Origin: a virus
Strand: one strand, 5' to 3'
IMG/VR virus record: IMGVR_UViG_3300037470_001029
Location: 1-64,000 of that record
DNA length: 64,000 nt
Positions 44,493-54,607 of this stretch are shown piece by piece. The notes beneath the pieces were generated by a model. That model was not told the DNA's origin. It did not search any database and saw nothing but the letters and a program-made list of their open reading frames with translations. A program made the translations under genes and the position numbers. How positions within the stretch are numbered: position 1 is the first letter of the stretch; the number at the start of each line of letters is the position of its first letter.

Positions 44493-44779
44493 AGAAGACA
44501 ACAAAAGCGAAGGCCAAGCCGAAAAAAGTCCAAGGGCCGAAGGGGCAAGGCGCGCTCGACCTGCGGCCGCCGCAGGCGCCGAAGGGCGCCGCGCAGAAAA
44601 AGCTCGGCCCGGTATTCTACTCGGTGACCATCTTCGTCTCGCGGCACGAGGGGGAGAAGGCGGCCATGCTCAGGCACTACGAATTCAACCGCGACCCGGT
44701 GACCTTTTACCCGACGGAGAAGGCGATGCGCGAGGCGCAGGAAGCCGCCTGCCTGGCGTCGTTCGGGAAGAAGCGGTGA
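44489..44779 (+). CDS. hypothetical protein
   Basis: ATGA-coupled, 96 aa. Confidence 0.5.
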   Translation: MKKTTKAKAKPKKVQGPKGQGALDLRPPQAPKGAAQKKLGPVFYSVTIFVSRHEGEKAAMLRHYEFNRDPVTFYPTEKAMREAQEAACLASFGKKR

Positions 44780-44967
44780 GTAACCTAAGAGCCTGGATGG
44801 CCGTCAGCGAGGCGCTCGTCAGGCTAGAGAGGCCGTTCTACCGCGCCTGCGCCGGCGGGCCGCACTTCGCCACGACTCCAGAGTGGCACGCGGCCCGCGC
44901 CTCTCTGCGAGACGCCGAATTGCGGCTGCGCAGGCTGAGCAGCAAACCCGGAAGGAGGGTGCTATGA
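44776..44967 (+). CDS. hypothetical protein
   Basis: GTGA-coupled, 63 aa. Confidence 0.45.
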   Translation: MSNLRAWMAVSEALVRLERPFYRACAGGPHFATTPEWHAARASLRDAELRLRRLSSKPGRRVL

Positions 44968-45137
44968 GCACCAACAACGGGCGCACATGCGAGCATTGCT
45001 GTTTTTACAACAGTATCCAGAATCAATGCAGGATAAATCCTCCAGTCGTGGTAGCTTTCGCCGACGGGACGCGCACGATAACCGTCTGGCCCGACGTCAG
45101 TCTTACCGATTGGTGCGGGCAGTGGCAAAGCAAGTGA
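44964..45137 (+). CDS. small Cys-rich protein
   Basis: CEHC...CRINPP...WP...DWCGQW; GGAGG RBS. Confidence 0.6.
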   Translation: MSTNNGRTCEHCCFYNSIQNQCRINPPVVVAFADGTRTITVWPDVSLTDWCGQWQSK

Positions 45138-45391
45138 GCCTGGAGAATTACAGCGTCAAACAGTTTGTCTGGCTGCAACGGCCACCGCGCGTGCAATGGG
45201 CTATGAAAGTGATCGTCGAGAGCGAGCATGGCGTCGCTGTAGTCAGAACCTGGTTCCATGAGTACGGCCCGACAGAGCGGCCGCCATGCTCGGTTACCAT
45301 ACCGCTGGCGGAGATGTGCGAACGCGTAGCGCTTGCAGCGCTGGCAAGCAACTTAGAAGACGCAGACCTGCGTCTAGAGATCGTTGCATAA
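45134..45391 (+). CDS. hypothetical protein
   Basis: GTGA-coupled, 85 aa. Confidence 0.4.
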   Translation: MSLENYSVKQFVWLQRPPRVQWAMKVIVESEHGVAVVRTWFHEYGPTERPPCSVTIPLAEMCERVALAALASNLEDADLRLEIVA

Positions 45392-45410
45392 AATCAAAGG
45401 AGTAGAGAAA

Positions 45411-47414
45411 ATGAACGATGTCGTCGTCAATATTCAATTCAAGCGCGCCTTGCCAACGCAATACCAGGAGTTCATCCACCTCAGCCGCTACTCGAGATGG
45501 ATAGAGGCCGAAGGCCGGCGGGAGTCGGCTTGGCCGGAGACGGTAGACCGCTGGGGCAGCTTCTGGAAAAAATACCTGCGCGAGAAGTTTTCGGAGCGCC
45601 TGGACGAGCGGCAGGTCGACGATTTGGTGGAACGCTGCGCGCATGCCATCACGGCGCTGGAAGCCATGCCCTCCATGCGCGGGCTCATGACGGCCGGGCC
45701 GGCGCTCGAGAGGGACCACGCCGCGGGCTACAACTGCGGGTACCTGGCGGCCGACGACCAGGCAGCCTTCTCCGAGCTGATCTACCTGGCCGCCTGCGGC
45801 ACCGGCGACGGCTTCTCCGTCGAGCGCCAGATGACGAACAAGCTGCCGCAGCTTCCGGAGACCCTGCACGACGTCGCGACGACGATCACCGTCGAGGATT
45901 CTAAGGTCGGCTGGGCGGTGGCGCTGCGCCAGCTCGTCGCGATGCTCTTTGTCGGCCAGGTGCCGGGCTGGGACGTCTCCGGCGTGCGCGAGCGCGGATC
46001 CAGGCTCAAGACCTTCGGCGGGCGAGCGAGCGGCCCGGGCCCGCTCGTGGAGCTCTTCGAGTTCGTCATAGCGACGTTCCGCGCAGCCGTCGCGCGCGGC
46101 CAGGAAGAGGGGCTGTCCGCCAGGCTCACGTCGGTGGAGTGCCACGACATCTTCTGCATGGTGGGGGAGTGCATCGTCTCGGGCGGGGTGCGGCGGACGG
46201 CGCTCATCTCGATCTCCAACCTCTCCGATGACCGCATGCGCGACGCCAAGACCGGCGGTTGGCGCGACCGCTCGCCGTGGCGGAGCCTGGCGAACAACTC
46301 GGCCGCGTACACGGAGCGGCCCGACTTCAAGGTGTTCATGCGCGAGATGACGGCGCTCTACGAGAGCTACTCGGGCGAGCGCGGAATCTTCAGCCGCGTC
46401 GCGGCGAGGGCCAAGGCGGCCGAGAACGGCCGGCGCCGGGTGTCGCGCCTCGTCGACGGCAAGGAGACCCCATGGGAGTACGGGACGAACCCTTGCGGCG
46501 AGATCATCCTCCGCCCGATGCAGTTCTGCAACCTCAGCACCGTCGTCGTGAGGCCCGGAGATTCGTTCGACGACGTCGCCGCGAAGGTCGAGATCGCGAC
46601 GGTCATCGGCACGCTGCAATCGACGTTGACAGACTTCAGGTTCCTGCGGAAGGAGTGGAAGAAGAACTGCGACGAGGAGCGGCTGCTGGGAGTCTCCATG
46701 ACTGGTCAGCTCGACCACCCGGTGCTCGGTGACCCCGCTCTGGCCGGCGTCTGGCTCGACAGGCTGAAGGCGCTCGCGATCGACACCAACGCGGCAACGG
46801 CAGATATGCTCGGCATCAACCGCTCGGCTGCCATCACGACCGTGAAGCCGGAGGGCACGGCGTCGCAGATGGTCGGCGCCGGCAGCGGAATGTCTCCGCG
46901 GTGGTCCGAGTTCTACATCCGCCGGGTCACCAACGACGACAAGGATCCGATCACGGCGCTGCTCAAGGAGGCAGGCGTGCCGCACGAGCCGGTGCGCGGC
47001 AAGGAGGGTATCTCCACCGTCTTCGAGTTCCCGATGCGGGCGCCCGCCGGCGCCAGGCTGCGGAAGGACACGCCGGCTCTCGCGCAACTCGAGCTCTACA
47101 AGGTCTACCGCGAGCACTGGTGCGAGCACAACCCGTCGACGACGATCTACTACAAGGATTCGGATTTCTTTGTCGTCGCGCAATGGATCTGGGATAACTT
47201 CGACTCGATCGGCGGGATCGCGCTGCTGCCCGACGACGGCGGTGCGTACAAGCAGGCGCCCTTCGAGGAGATCGACGAGGAGGAGTACGAACGCCGCGCG
47301 GCCGCCATGCCGGTCCTCGACTGGTCGCGGCTGCGCGAGCTTGAGACCGAGGACGGCACGAACCCGCAGGCTGTCGCGGCCTGCGCCGGCGGCGCCTGCG
47401 AGGCTAACATCTGA
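45411..47414 (+). CDS. nrdJ: class II (B12-dependent) ribonucleotide reductase
   Basis: PSMR, YNC, SGGVRRTA, TNPCGEI, TTVKPEGT, C-terminal CAGGACE; no nrdB in window. Confidence 0.9.
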   Translation: MNDVVVNIQFKRALPTQYQEFIHLSRYSRWIEAEGRRESAWPETVDRWGSFWKKYLREKFSERLDERQVDDLVERCAHAITALEAMPSMRGLMTAGPALERDHAAGYNCGYLAADDQAAFSELIYLAACGTGDGFSVERQMTNKLPQLPETLHDVATTITVEDSKVGWAVALRQLVAMLFVGQVPGWDVSGVRERGSRLKTFGGRASGPGPLVELFEFVIATFRAAVARGQEEGLSARLTSVECHDIFCMVGECIVSGGVRRTALISISNLSDDRMRDAKTGGWRDRSPWRSLANNSAAYTERPDFKVFMREMTALYESYSGERGIFSRVAARAKAAENGRRRVSRLVDGKETPWEYGTNPCGEIILRPMQFCNLSTVVVRPGDSFDDVAAKVEIATVIGTLQSTLTDFRFLRKEWKKNCDEERLLGVSMTGQLDHPVLGDPALAGVWLDRLKALAIDTNAATADMLGINRSAAITTVKPEGTASQMVGAGSGMSPRWSEFYIRRVTNDDKDPITALLKEAGVPHEPVRGKEGISTVFEFPMRAPAGARLRKDTPALAQLELYKVYREHWCEHNPSTTIYYKDSDFFVVAQWIWDNFDSIGGIALLPDDGGAYKQAPFEEIDEEEYERRAAAMPVLDWSRLRELETEDGTNPQAVAACAGGACEANI

Positions 47415-47432
47415 CCAAAGGAGGAAATAGCC

Positions 47433-47984
47433 ATGGGAACTTTGAACAGGCCGGGCGACTACGATTGCATGGCCAAGCTGAGGGAAAATCCCGACATGCC
47501 CTACTTCCTGTTGCTGGCGTCGGACCCGCGCAGCGCGGCCCTGGTCTGGCTATGGGCAAGCATGCGCGAGCTGAGCGACGACCAGAACCTCGACAAGGTT
47601 AACGAGGCGCGGCGAGCCTGCGTCGAGATCATGGAATGGCAGGCCGCTAACGGCAGGAAGGCCAGCGGCTTCGGGCAGGCGCTCATGTCCGGTCTCCTGG
47701 AGATGTGCCGCACGATCAACTCCATGGCCAAGGAAGAGCCGAAGAACGAGGCCACGCCGCTGGACGTGGTGCGCCGTTACCTCGCGGCCGTCGAGTTCGG
47801 CGACGAGGAGCAGTTGAGGAAGGCATCGGAAGACGAGAGGGCCCTGTCGGAGGTGATAGGCGAGTACGACAGGGTCATCGAGGGAATCCTGCCCGCCGTC
47901 CTGGCGGAAGACGGCGACGAGGCCGACTTCGTCATTCGCGCGAAGGACTACCGCATTCTCAAGGCAGCCGCGCTGAAGATCTGA
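47433..47984 (+). CDS. hypothetical protein
   Basis: GGAGG RBS; PYFLLLASDP-A-LV-LWA phage motif. Confidence 0.65.
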   Translation: MGTLNRPGDYDCMAKLRENPDMPYFLLLASDPRSAALVWLWASMRELSDDQNLDKVNEARRACVEIMEWQAANGRKASGFGQALMSGLLEMCRTINSMAKEEPKNEATPLDVVRRYLAAVEFGDEEQLRKASEDERALSEVIGEYDRVIEGILPAVLAEDGDEADFVIRAKDYRILKAAALKI

Positions 47985-47997
47985 AAGCTCCAACCGG

Positions 47998-48026
47998 TTT
48001 ACGCGGGCCGGCAGGCCGTTTACAAT
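47998..48026 (+). promoter_or_regulatory. sigma70-like promoter
   Basis: TTTACG-17-TACAAT in AT-rich gap. Confidence 0.55.
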
Positions 48027-48059
48027 TAACTAATTATAAAGTTGGAAAAGGAGATGGAG

Positions 48060-48479
48060 ATGGCTGCAGGCAAGGGGAAGGCGCTGAAAATACCGGCCAC
48101 GCCGGGGCTCGCGGTCGACCTGCTGGACAAGATGCGCGACGCGCGCAAGGCGGTGGCGGAGAGGGCCGCGGAGATGAAGCGGCAGGAGGACGCGCTCGAG
48201 TCCGCCATCTTCGAAAAGTTCAAGAAAGCGGACCTGGAAGGCTGCCGCGGCAAGCGCGCCCAGGCGTCCATCTCGCGCTCGGAGGTGCCGACGCCGGATG
48301 ACTGGGTTGCGACCGACAAGTACATCATCAAGAACAAGGCGCTCGACCTGCTCCAGCGCAGGCTGTCTGTCGAGGCCGTGCGGCTGCGCTGGGCGGACGG
48401 CGTGACGATCCCCGGAGTCGGCAAGTTCACGCGGATCTCGCTGCACCTGTCGAAGGTCAAGAAGTCGAAGGCGAAATAA
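48060..48479 (+). CDS. conserved phage replication-region protein
   Basis: Coiled coil then DW...LDLLQRRLS...IPGV. Confidence 0.65.
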   Translation: MAAGKGKALKIPATPGLAVDLLDKMRDARKAVAERAAEMKRQEDALESAIFEKFKKADLEGCRGKRAQASISRSEVPTPDDWVATDKYIIKNKALDLLQRRLSVEAVRLRWADGVTIPGVGKFTRISLHLSKVKKSKAK

Positions 48480-48489
48480 AGGGGCCGCG

Positions 48490-48879
48490 TTGAGCGCTCT
48501 CGCCAGGTCGCGCCATCCGTCCGTCAGCTCGCTAACGTACGACGCCTACCTGCTCCACTTCGATCGCCCCTTCGGGCACGCGCGCCATTATATAGGGATC
48601 TGCGAGCCCGGCAAGGCGGCCGACAGGCTGGCGACGCACCAGGCAGGCAGGGGCGCAGTCCTTACGAGGCACGCGGCGGCCGCGGGAGCGCGCCTCTTCT
48701 TGGTTAGGACGTGGGAGGGAGTACCTAGGTTCTACGAAATGAGGCTGAAGAAGCAGGGCGGCGCATCGCGGATGTGTCCGGCGTGCAAGGCGGAAATAGC
48801 GGGCTATGCCTACGCCCAGATCAGCCCCGGGATCTTCGGCGCCAGGAGCCTCGCCGAGATTCTGAGCGGCATCCTGTGA
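48490..48879 (+). CDS. GIY-YIG-like nuclease
   Basis: AYLLHF...HYIG...RLATH-AG-GA...E. Confidence 0.7.
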   Translation: MSALARSRHPSVSSLTYDAYLLHFDRPFGHARHYIGICEPGKAADRLATHQAGRGAVLTRHAAAAGARLFLVRTWEGVPRFYEMRLKKQGGASRMCPACKAEIAGYAYAQISPGIFGARSLAEILSGIL

Positions 48880-48911
48880 AATACTTTGCGGCCAAAAAGT
48901 GAGGCGATAAT

Positions 48912-49115
48912 ATGGAGCAGGTAGACGTAAAAGAAGTTCACGCGGTCGTAGGCACGATGCTCGATTTCCTGGAGAACGCGACGGCGACTCGGCCGGAGGT
49001 GCAGGTCGCAGCCTTGCGCGCGACGGCAAACCTGATGGAGGAGACGATGAGCGCCACAAACTCCGTCTCCATGAAGGAGATGGTCAAGGACTTCTGGCGC
49101 CGGAAGAGCAGATGA
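48912..49115 (+). CDS. hypothetical protein
   Basis: GAGG RBS, 67 aa. Confidence 0.55.
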   Translation: MEQVDVKEVHAVVGTMLDFLENATATRPEVQVAALRATANLMEETMSATNSVSMKEMVKDFWRRKSR

Positions 49116-49288
49116 TGGAAGTCGACCGCAGTTCGACGGAGTATCTCGAGAAGTGCGTCGAAGCCGAGAACTGGGAGGGGTTCAGTGATTTCCTTGGAAC
49201 TACCGAGATGAGGGCGGCGACGTGGCTGCTGGTCTCGCTCGTCTACCGCGCGCTGGTGCGCCTGAAAGGGAAGGCAAATGGAGCTTGA
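49112..49288 (+). CDS. hypothetical protein (58 aa)
   Basis: Not in ORF track; coupled start; fills gap. Confidence 0.4.
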   Translation: MMEVDRSSTEYLEKCVEAENWEGFSDFLGTTEMRAATWLLVSLVYRALVRLKGKANGA

Positions 49289-49472
49289 TAAGGGAGCGTT
49301 GAACGAGCTGGAACGCAATATCAGCCCGCCGATGCGCGCGGCGATCACGCTGCCGGTGAGCGGCACCAACGTGACCGTGTACGTGTGCTCCTCGAGGTTC
49401 TCGCCGCCGACGGACGATGCGGTGATCCGCGCCGTGGCCGAGCGCCTGACGATCGCGGAGGCGGGGAAGTGA
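49278..49472 (+). CDS. hypothetical protein
   Basis: 64 aa. Confidence 0.5.
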   Translation: MELDKGALNELERNISPPMRAAITLPVSGTNVTVYVCSSRFSPPTDDAVIRAVAERLTIAEAGK

Positions 49473-49629
49473 GCCGCCTCGAGGCTGCCGGCACGAAGCC
49501 CTGCACCGACACTAACGCGGAGAAAATCGCCTGGGAGAGTGCGATGCGCCGGGCCGCGGCTGTAAAGGCTCCCGTTCTGTGCCAGCGCAAGGCCCCGCGG
49601 CTGCCGCCGCGCAGGCGGGAGTTTGCAAC

Positions 49630-50103
49630 GTGAAGGCGCTCAATCCCGAGCACCCGATGTCGCAGCATGCGCAGGAGAACGCGACGAAGTTCATCGCGCT
49701 CATGATCTGGAAGATGCGGGCGCACCTGAAGAACCTGGAGGTGCGGCTTGAGGTCTCTGACATGGAGGACTTCACGCGCGCGTTCGCCGGGCAGCGCCCG
49801 GTCGTCGCCTCGATAGGCGAGAAGAGCGCCATCATTCTGCGGCTGCTCGACGAGTCCGGCGGCGAGCTCATGCTGAAGTCTCCCGAGGCGTCGCTGGACC
49901 ACCCCGCGGTGAAGGAGATGGAGCTGATGCTCCACGCGCGCAGGCACGCGCCGAATATAGCCAAGGACCTCGGCGCGGTGATCGCCAGGATGGAGCTGGC
50001 GGCCGCAAGGCGCGAGGACATCAATCTGATATACGCGGCGATCGGCGCGCTCAAGGCGCTGTCGGACGACGGACTGCTTGGAGAGAAAAATGCGACAGGC
50101 TGA
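49630..50103 (+). CDS. hypothetical protein
   Basis: GTG start with GGGAG RBS. Confidence 0.55.
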   Translation: MKALNPEHPMSQHAQENATKFIALMIWKMRAHLKNLEVRLEVSDMEDFTRAFAGQRPVVASIGEKSAIILRLLDESGGELMLKSPEASLDHPAVKEMELMLHARRHAPNIAKDLGAVIARMELAAARREDINLIYAAIGALKALSDDGLLGEKNATG

Positions 50104-50467
50104 AGATCCGACGCGGGCGCAGGAGTTCGACTCGGCCCTGGGCCCGGCAGGCGAGGATGTCTTCTACGCCGTGCACAGGCGCGGCGAGCGTGATCCCGAG
50201 TACAGGGAGCGCCGCGTGCTCGACCGCGCCGCCTACCTCGCCAGGCTCCGCCAGGAGTGCGCGACCAACGGCGCGGTGGTGGAAGAGCTGGCAGAGGCCG
50301 AGTACAGGGAGCGCTCCAGCAGCGCGCGTCGCCTGCGCGAGGCGCTGCGAGTGGTGGCCAGGTACGACGCCAAGATCGCGGAGAACGAGGCGAGCGACCC
50401 GACGATGTCGACCGTCAACATGCTCGTCGAGGACTACGCCGCCCTGCGCGCTTTGGTGAAGCGGTGA
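50090..50467 (+). CDS. hypothetical protein
   Basis: GGAG RBS; helical. Confidence 0.5.
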   Translation: MRQAEDPTRAQEFDSALGPAGEDVFYAVHRRGERDPEYRERRVLDRAAYLARLRQECATNGAVVEELAEAEYRERSSSARRLREALRVVARYDAKIAENEASDPTMSTVNMLVEDYAALRALVKR

Positions 50468-50572
50468 TCTGGGATTTCCTGGCGCTGCTCTGCCTCTACC
50501 TGGGCGCGCGGCTATTCTTGTGGGCGCTGCTCGGCAGCAGCGGCCCGCTCGACAACAGAGAGGACAGGCAAA

Positions 50573-50809
50573 ATGAGCGGTAACAGGCAGCAGGAGAGGT
50601 TCCGCGTCGACTGCAGGGAGATTATCCGCGAGACCGACAGGGCGGTGCTCGTCTACGTCGACTACGAGAAGTACGGGCTCGCGCGCGGCGGCAACTGCGA
50701 GATGTGGTTCCCGCTCTCGCAGGTGCACGAGATCCACCAGGCCGGGCTCGAGAGCGGCCCTTACATCGTCGTCACCCCGTGGATAGCCAAGCAGAAGGGC
50801 CTGGAGTGA
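50573..50809 (+). CDS. small phage protein
   Basis: ETDRAVLV...WFPLSQ...WIAKQKGL motif. Confidence 0.7.
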   Translation: MSGNRQQERFRVDCREIIRETDRAVLVYVDYEKYGLARGGNCEMWFPLSQVHEIHQAGLESGPYIVVTPWIAKQKGLE

Positions 50810-51012
50810 ATTCCCTCATGGCGCCTTCCGGCGAGCAGCTCGACTTCATCGCGAGGGAGGTAAAGGAGATCCGCGAGAAGATGCAGGCCTCTCGCGGAGT
50901 CGGCGCCCTGCCCCTGGCCGCGCGCCTGCACATGCTGCTGAGCCTCGCCGAGTCCGTCAAGCAGGCGCGCTACCACAACCTAAACTGCCGCAACCTGGAG
51001 AAGAAGCGATGA
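50806..51012 (+). CDS. hypothetical protein
   Basis: Coupled on both sides. Confidence 0.45.
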   Translation: MNSLMAPSGEQLDFIAREVKEIREKMQASRGVGALPLAARLHMLLSLAESVKQARYHNLNCRNLEKKR

Positions 51013-52190
51013 GCAAGATCGAATGCCCGAAATGCCACCACAAGTTCGAGCTGGACGCGGCGCTCGCCGGCCCGCTGATCGCCCAGGCACGCGCCGAGGC
51101 CGACGAGCAGGCAACGGAGAGGATCGCCGCCGCCCGCGCCGCCTACGAGAAGGCGGCGGATCAGAGGGCGGCCGACGCCGCGGCGGCGCGGGTCACCACG
51201 GCCCTCGCAGACGCGGAGAAGGCCCGCGAGGACGCGGCCCGCCAGGGAGTCAGGGCCCGACAGCTCGAAGAGAAGCTCTCAGAAGCGCAGGCCGTTCAGG
51301 CCGCGGCGCTCAAGGAACGCAGAGAGCTGGAAGACGCCCGCCGCGAGCTGGAGCTGACGGTCGAGCGCAGGACGCAAGAGGGACTCGCCGCGGCCAGGCA
51401 GACAGCCGAGCGCGCAGCAGAAGAGCGGATCGGGATCAAGCTCGCGGAGAGGGACGAGACCATCGCCTCGCTGTCGCGCACGGCCGAAGACCTGCGCCGG
51501 AAGCTAGAGCAGGGAAGCCAGCAGGTGCAGGGCGAGTCGCAGGAGACCGCCTTGGAGGCCGCGCTGCGGGCGCGCTTCCCGCACGACAGGGTAGAACCGG
51601 TGGCCAAGGGCGTCGCCGGCGCCGACTGCCTGCAGGTTCTCGTGACGCCGGCCGGGGAGGAGTTCGGCCGCATACTGTGGGAGTCGAAGCAGACGAAGGC
51701 ATGGTCGCCCTCGTGGCCGGCGAAGCTGCGCGACGACGGGCGCGCGGCCAAGGCCGACCTGCTCGTCCTGGTATCGTCGGCGCTGCCCAAAGGCGTAGAC
51801 CAGTTCGAGCTGGTCGACGGAATCTGGGCCTGCTCGCCGCGCTGCGCCGGGCCGCTGGCCACCGCGCTCAGGGCGGCCCTCGGCGAGGCGCACTCGGCCC
51901 GCAAGTCGGGCGAGGGCCTCGAGACGAAGGCCGGGCTCGTCTACTCGTACCTCGTGGGGCCGAAATTCAGGCAGCGCGTCGGCGCCGTCGTCGAGGCCTG
52001 CGCCTCGATGCAGGAGGACCTCGCGGCGGAGCAGCGCGCCTTCGGCAAGGCGTGGGCCAAGCGCGCCACCCAGATCGAGCGCGCCCTCGTCGGCGCGTCG
52101 GGCATGTACGGAGACCTCCAGGCGATCGCCGGCCGCTCGCTGAAGGAGATCGAGGGCCTGAGCATGGAGAAGATCGGAGGACCGTCGTGA
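51009..52190 (+). CDS. DUF2130-family coiled-coil / PD-(D/E)xK-like protein
   Basis: IECPKC, QGSQQVQGE, FPHD, GADC, ILWESK-TK-W. Confidence 0.85.
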   Translation: MSKIECPKCHHKFELDAALAGPLIAQARAEADEQATERIAAARAAYEKAADQRAADAAAARVTTALADAEKAREDAARQGVRARQLEEKLSEAQAVQAAALKERRELEDARRELELTVERRTQEGLAAARQTAERAAEERIGIKLAERDETIASLSRTAEDLRRKLEQGSQQVQGESQETALEAALRARFPHDRVEPVAKGVAGADCLQVLVTPAGEEFGRILWESKQTKAWSPSWPAKLRDDGRAAKADLLVLVSSALPKGVDQFELVDGIWACSPRCAGPLATALRAALGEAHSARKSGEGLETKAGLVYSYLVGPKFRQRVGAVVEACASMQEDLAAEQRAFGKAWAKRATQIERALVGASGMYGDLQAIAGRSLKEIEGLSMEKIGGPS

Positions 52191-52486
52191 GCCGCGGCAG
52201 CGGACTCTCCGCCGCCGAAGAGGAGCGCCTGGCCCTGGTGATAGAGGAGATGGCAGAGGCCATCCAGATCGCCGCCAAGGCGCTGCGCCACGGCTGGCAG
52301 CCCTTCGACCACGCGGTCGACCCGCCGGTCGAGTACGACAACCGCGCCCTCTTTGAGAAGGAGATGGGCCAGGTGATGCACGCCGCTAAGCTCATGTGCA
52401 CTAAGGGCGACATCAGCGGGGAGAAGATCCAGGAGTCGATGGACGAGAGGGGGCAATCGGTCAAGAAGTACCTTCACCACCAGTAA
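52187..52486 (+). CDS. MazG-like NTP pyrophosphohydrolase-fold protein
   Basis: ERLALVIEEMAEAIQ-AAK-LRHG...EKEMG. Confidence 0.6.
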   Translation: MSRGSGLSAAEEERLALVIEEMAEAIQIAAKALRHGWQPFDHAVDPPVEYDNRALFEKEMGQVMHAAKLMCTKGDISGEKIQESMDERGQSVKKYLHHQ

Positions 52487-52503
52487 ACCAAAGGAGAACT
52501 AGA

Positions 52504-52818
52504 ATGGCAATTTACAGAGTAGCGACGCCTGCCGTCGATGACGTCCACGCAGAGCAGGGCGGAAATACCGGAATCGTGCACGTTCGCTTCGCGCCGAGCG
52601 AGGGCGCAGCCAAGAAGCACCGCCGCGAGCTGGCCGAGGCGCACGGGTTCAAGCTCGACGAGGTGAAGTACGCGACGATCGACGCGAAAGGCGGCAAGGC
52701 CGGCATGATCGCCTACCTGAACGCGTTCCACGCGCAGGCGCCGGCGGGCTACAGCCCGGCAGGCTACTCGAAGATCGCAGTCAAGAAGGTGGCAAAGGCC
52801 AAGGCGAAGAAGCGCTAA
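52504..52818 (+). CDS. hypothetical protein
   Basis: AAAGGAG RBS, 104 aa. Confidence 0.6.
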   Translation: MAIYRVATPAVDDVHAEQGGNTGIVHVRFAPSEGAAKKHRRELAEAHGFKLDEVKYATIDAKGGKAGMIAYLNAFHAQAPAGYSPAGYSKIAVKKVAKAKAKKR

Positions 52819-52847
52819 CGGCTGCGCAACCAAGGGAGAGTTGGCAA

Positions 52848-53006
52848 ATGAAGTCGCGCATCGAAACGCAGATCGACGCCGTCATAGATGCAGCCAAGAC
52901 GGCGCAGGAGGAAGGCCACGGGCCGGATCCGGATTATCGCAAGTCCGCCGAAAAAGAGCTCGAAGAGCAGAAGCAAAAACTGATGGAAATGATCAAGTCG
53001 ATCTGA
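52848..53006 (+). CDS. hypothetical protein (52 aa)
   Basis: Not in ORF track; RBS present; MKSRIETQIDAV... Confidence 0.45.
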   Translation: MKSRIETQIDAVIDAAKTAQEEGHGPDPDYRKSAEKELEEQKQKLMEMIKSI

Positions 53007-53026
53007 CCAACCAAAGGAGAAGCAAA

Positions 53027-53872
53027 ATGGCGAAGGCCAAGAACCTGCCGGCGACGGCGAAGAACACCCTCCCGGTAGACTGGGAGAAGCAGATGGCCGC
53101 GGCGGCCGAGATGTACAAGCAGATGGAGGCGGCGACGGGCGGCGGGCAGTTCATCTCGTACAAGGGCGGCACGATGTCCTTCGACGGGGCGCCGATGAAG
53201 GAGAATACCATCGTCGCGGTACCGGTGGAGGCCATCTTCGAGAACGCCTTCTACGTGCACGAGTTCGACCCCGACGATCCGCACCCGCCGGTGTGCTTCG
53301 CGTTCTCGGACTCGACCAGCACCCTCAAGCCCGGCGAGGACGCGTCAGTGCTGCCGCTGCGCATGAAGCCGCACCCGGATTCTTCCGATCCACAATCGCC
53401 GGACTGCAAGAGCTGCAGGCACGCCCAGTTCGGCTCTGCCGACAAGGGCCGCGGCAAGGCCTGCAAGAACATCCGGAAGATCGGATGGCTCCACTCCGAT
53501 TACCTGAAGAAGCCGGAGGCGATCGCATCGGCGCCGCTCGCCATCTCGAAGGTCCCGGCGACGTCGCTGACGGCCTGGGCCGCCTACGTCAAGAAGGTGT
53601 CGAACGTGCTCGGCAAGGCGTTCTACGCGGTCGTCTGCAAGCACGTGCAGGTGCCCGCCTCGGGGCAGCCCGGGTGGAAGCTGACCTTCGAGCCGAGTTC
53701 CGAGATCCCGAAGGCCCTACTTGGACCGGTGTTCGCCAGGCACCTGCAGGCCTACGCGGAACTCGCGGTTCCGTACCAGGCCGAGGCCTCGGGGGGCAAG
53801 GCGAAGAAGCCGTTCAAGGGAAAAGGCAACGCCGCGACGAAGCCCGCGGCCGGCAAGCGGAAGAAGTACTGA
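53027..53872 (+). CDS. putative Zn-binding ssDNA-binding protein
   Basis: Start ATG 53027; FISYKGG, PPVCFA, CKSC-HAQFGSA-GRGKACKN; upstream of polymerase. Confidence 0.6.
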   Translation: MAKAKNLPATAKNTLPVDWEKQMAAAAEMYKQMEAATGGGQFISYKGGTMSFDGAPMKENTIVAVPVEAIFENAFYVHEFDPDDPHPPVCFAFSDSTSTLKPGEDASVLPLRMKPHPDSSDPQSPDCKSCRHAQFGSADKGRGKACKNIRKIGWLHSDYLKKPEAIASAPLAISKVPATSLTAWAAYVKKVSNVLGKAFYAVVCKHVQVPASGQPGWKLTFEPSSEIPKALLGPVFARHLQAYAELAVPYQAEASGGKAKKPFKGKGNAATKPAAGKRKKY

Positions 53873-53873
53873 C

Positions 53874-54137
53874 ATGGCCGCGCGCGGAACCAAGAAAAGG
53901 AAGGGGGCCAGCGGAGCCGCGCTCGACTTGCAATCCAAGCTCGACGAGAAGCTGCGCAACTGGAACGACCTCAACAAGAAGCTCATGAAGATGGGAGAGG
54001 AGGAGGTGGCCGCGCTGCTGGAGGCGGAGAAGAAGTCGCGCGGCCGCCTCTCCACCCTCCTCCGTCTCCAGTCGCGTCTCAACAGGCTGCGCCGCGAGCG
54101 CGAGCGCCACCAGCTACACCGCAACGCGAAGCGCTAG
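53874..54137 (+). CDS. hypothetical basic protein
   Basis: 87 aa; LLEAE-K-RGR...RL-SR-NRLRRERER. Confidence 0.55.
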   Translation: MAARGTKKRKGASGAALDLQSKLDEKLRNWNDLNKKLMKMGEEEVAALLEAEKKSRGRLSTLLRLQSRLNRLRRERERHQLHRNAKR

Positions 54138-54149
54138 AGGGAGGAAAAT

Positions 54150-54401
54150 ATGGGATTCAAATACGCAATGCTCGGCGGGCCGGTGGCGGTGGTGCTGGAG
54201 GCCGACGACTTCGAGGCCGCGCAGAGGGAGGCGCTCGCGTCTCTCGGCTTCCGCGTCGAGGGGCCCCTGCCGGAGCCGGAGTCGGAGCCGCGCTGCACCT
54301 GCGCGGCTCCGGGCTACCTGCACGACGCGCCCTGCCCGATGCGGCGCGCATTCAGGCAAGACCTGGATGAATACGAGTCGCGCGAAGGACAGCCGCCTTG
54401 A
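54150..54401 (+). CDS. hypothetical protein
   Basis: GGAGG RBS; CTC...H...CP motif. Confidence 0.5.
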   Translation: MGFKYAMLGGPVAVVLEADDFEAAQREALASLGFRVEGPLPEPESEPRCTCAAPGYLHDAPCPMRRAFRQDLDEYESREGQPP

Positions 54402-54607
54402 GCAAGTACGCCGATCTTAAAGTAGGCCAGCAGATCTGGATCCGGGCCCGCGTCAGCGGGCTCTTCAAGCCAGGCACGATGGGCCACCGCGAGGGCCTGC
54501 TCACCGCAGAGATAATCTCCGGCAGCCAGATCCAGGGAGATCAGACGGTCACGGCGCAAGCGCGAGGCGTGCGAGACGAGTATTTCGAGAAGGTGACAGG
54601 CGAATGA
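54398..54607 (+). CDS. hypothetical protein
   Basis: Coupled on both sides. Confidence 0.5.
   Translation: MSKYADLKVGQQIWIRARVSGLFKPGTMGHREGLLTAEIISGSQIQGDQTVTAQARGVRDEYFEKVTGE

Noticed and set aside
45294-47183. Long antisense and alternate-frame ORFs (also 35044-36339, 15487-16938, 59336-61126)
   Set aside because: Shadow ORFs caused by high GC3 bias; R/G/A/P-rich and overlapping well-supported genes.
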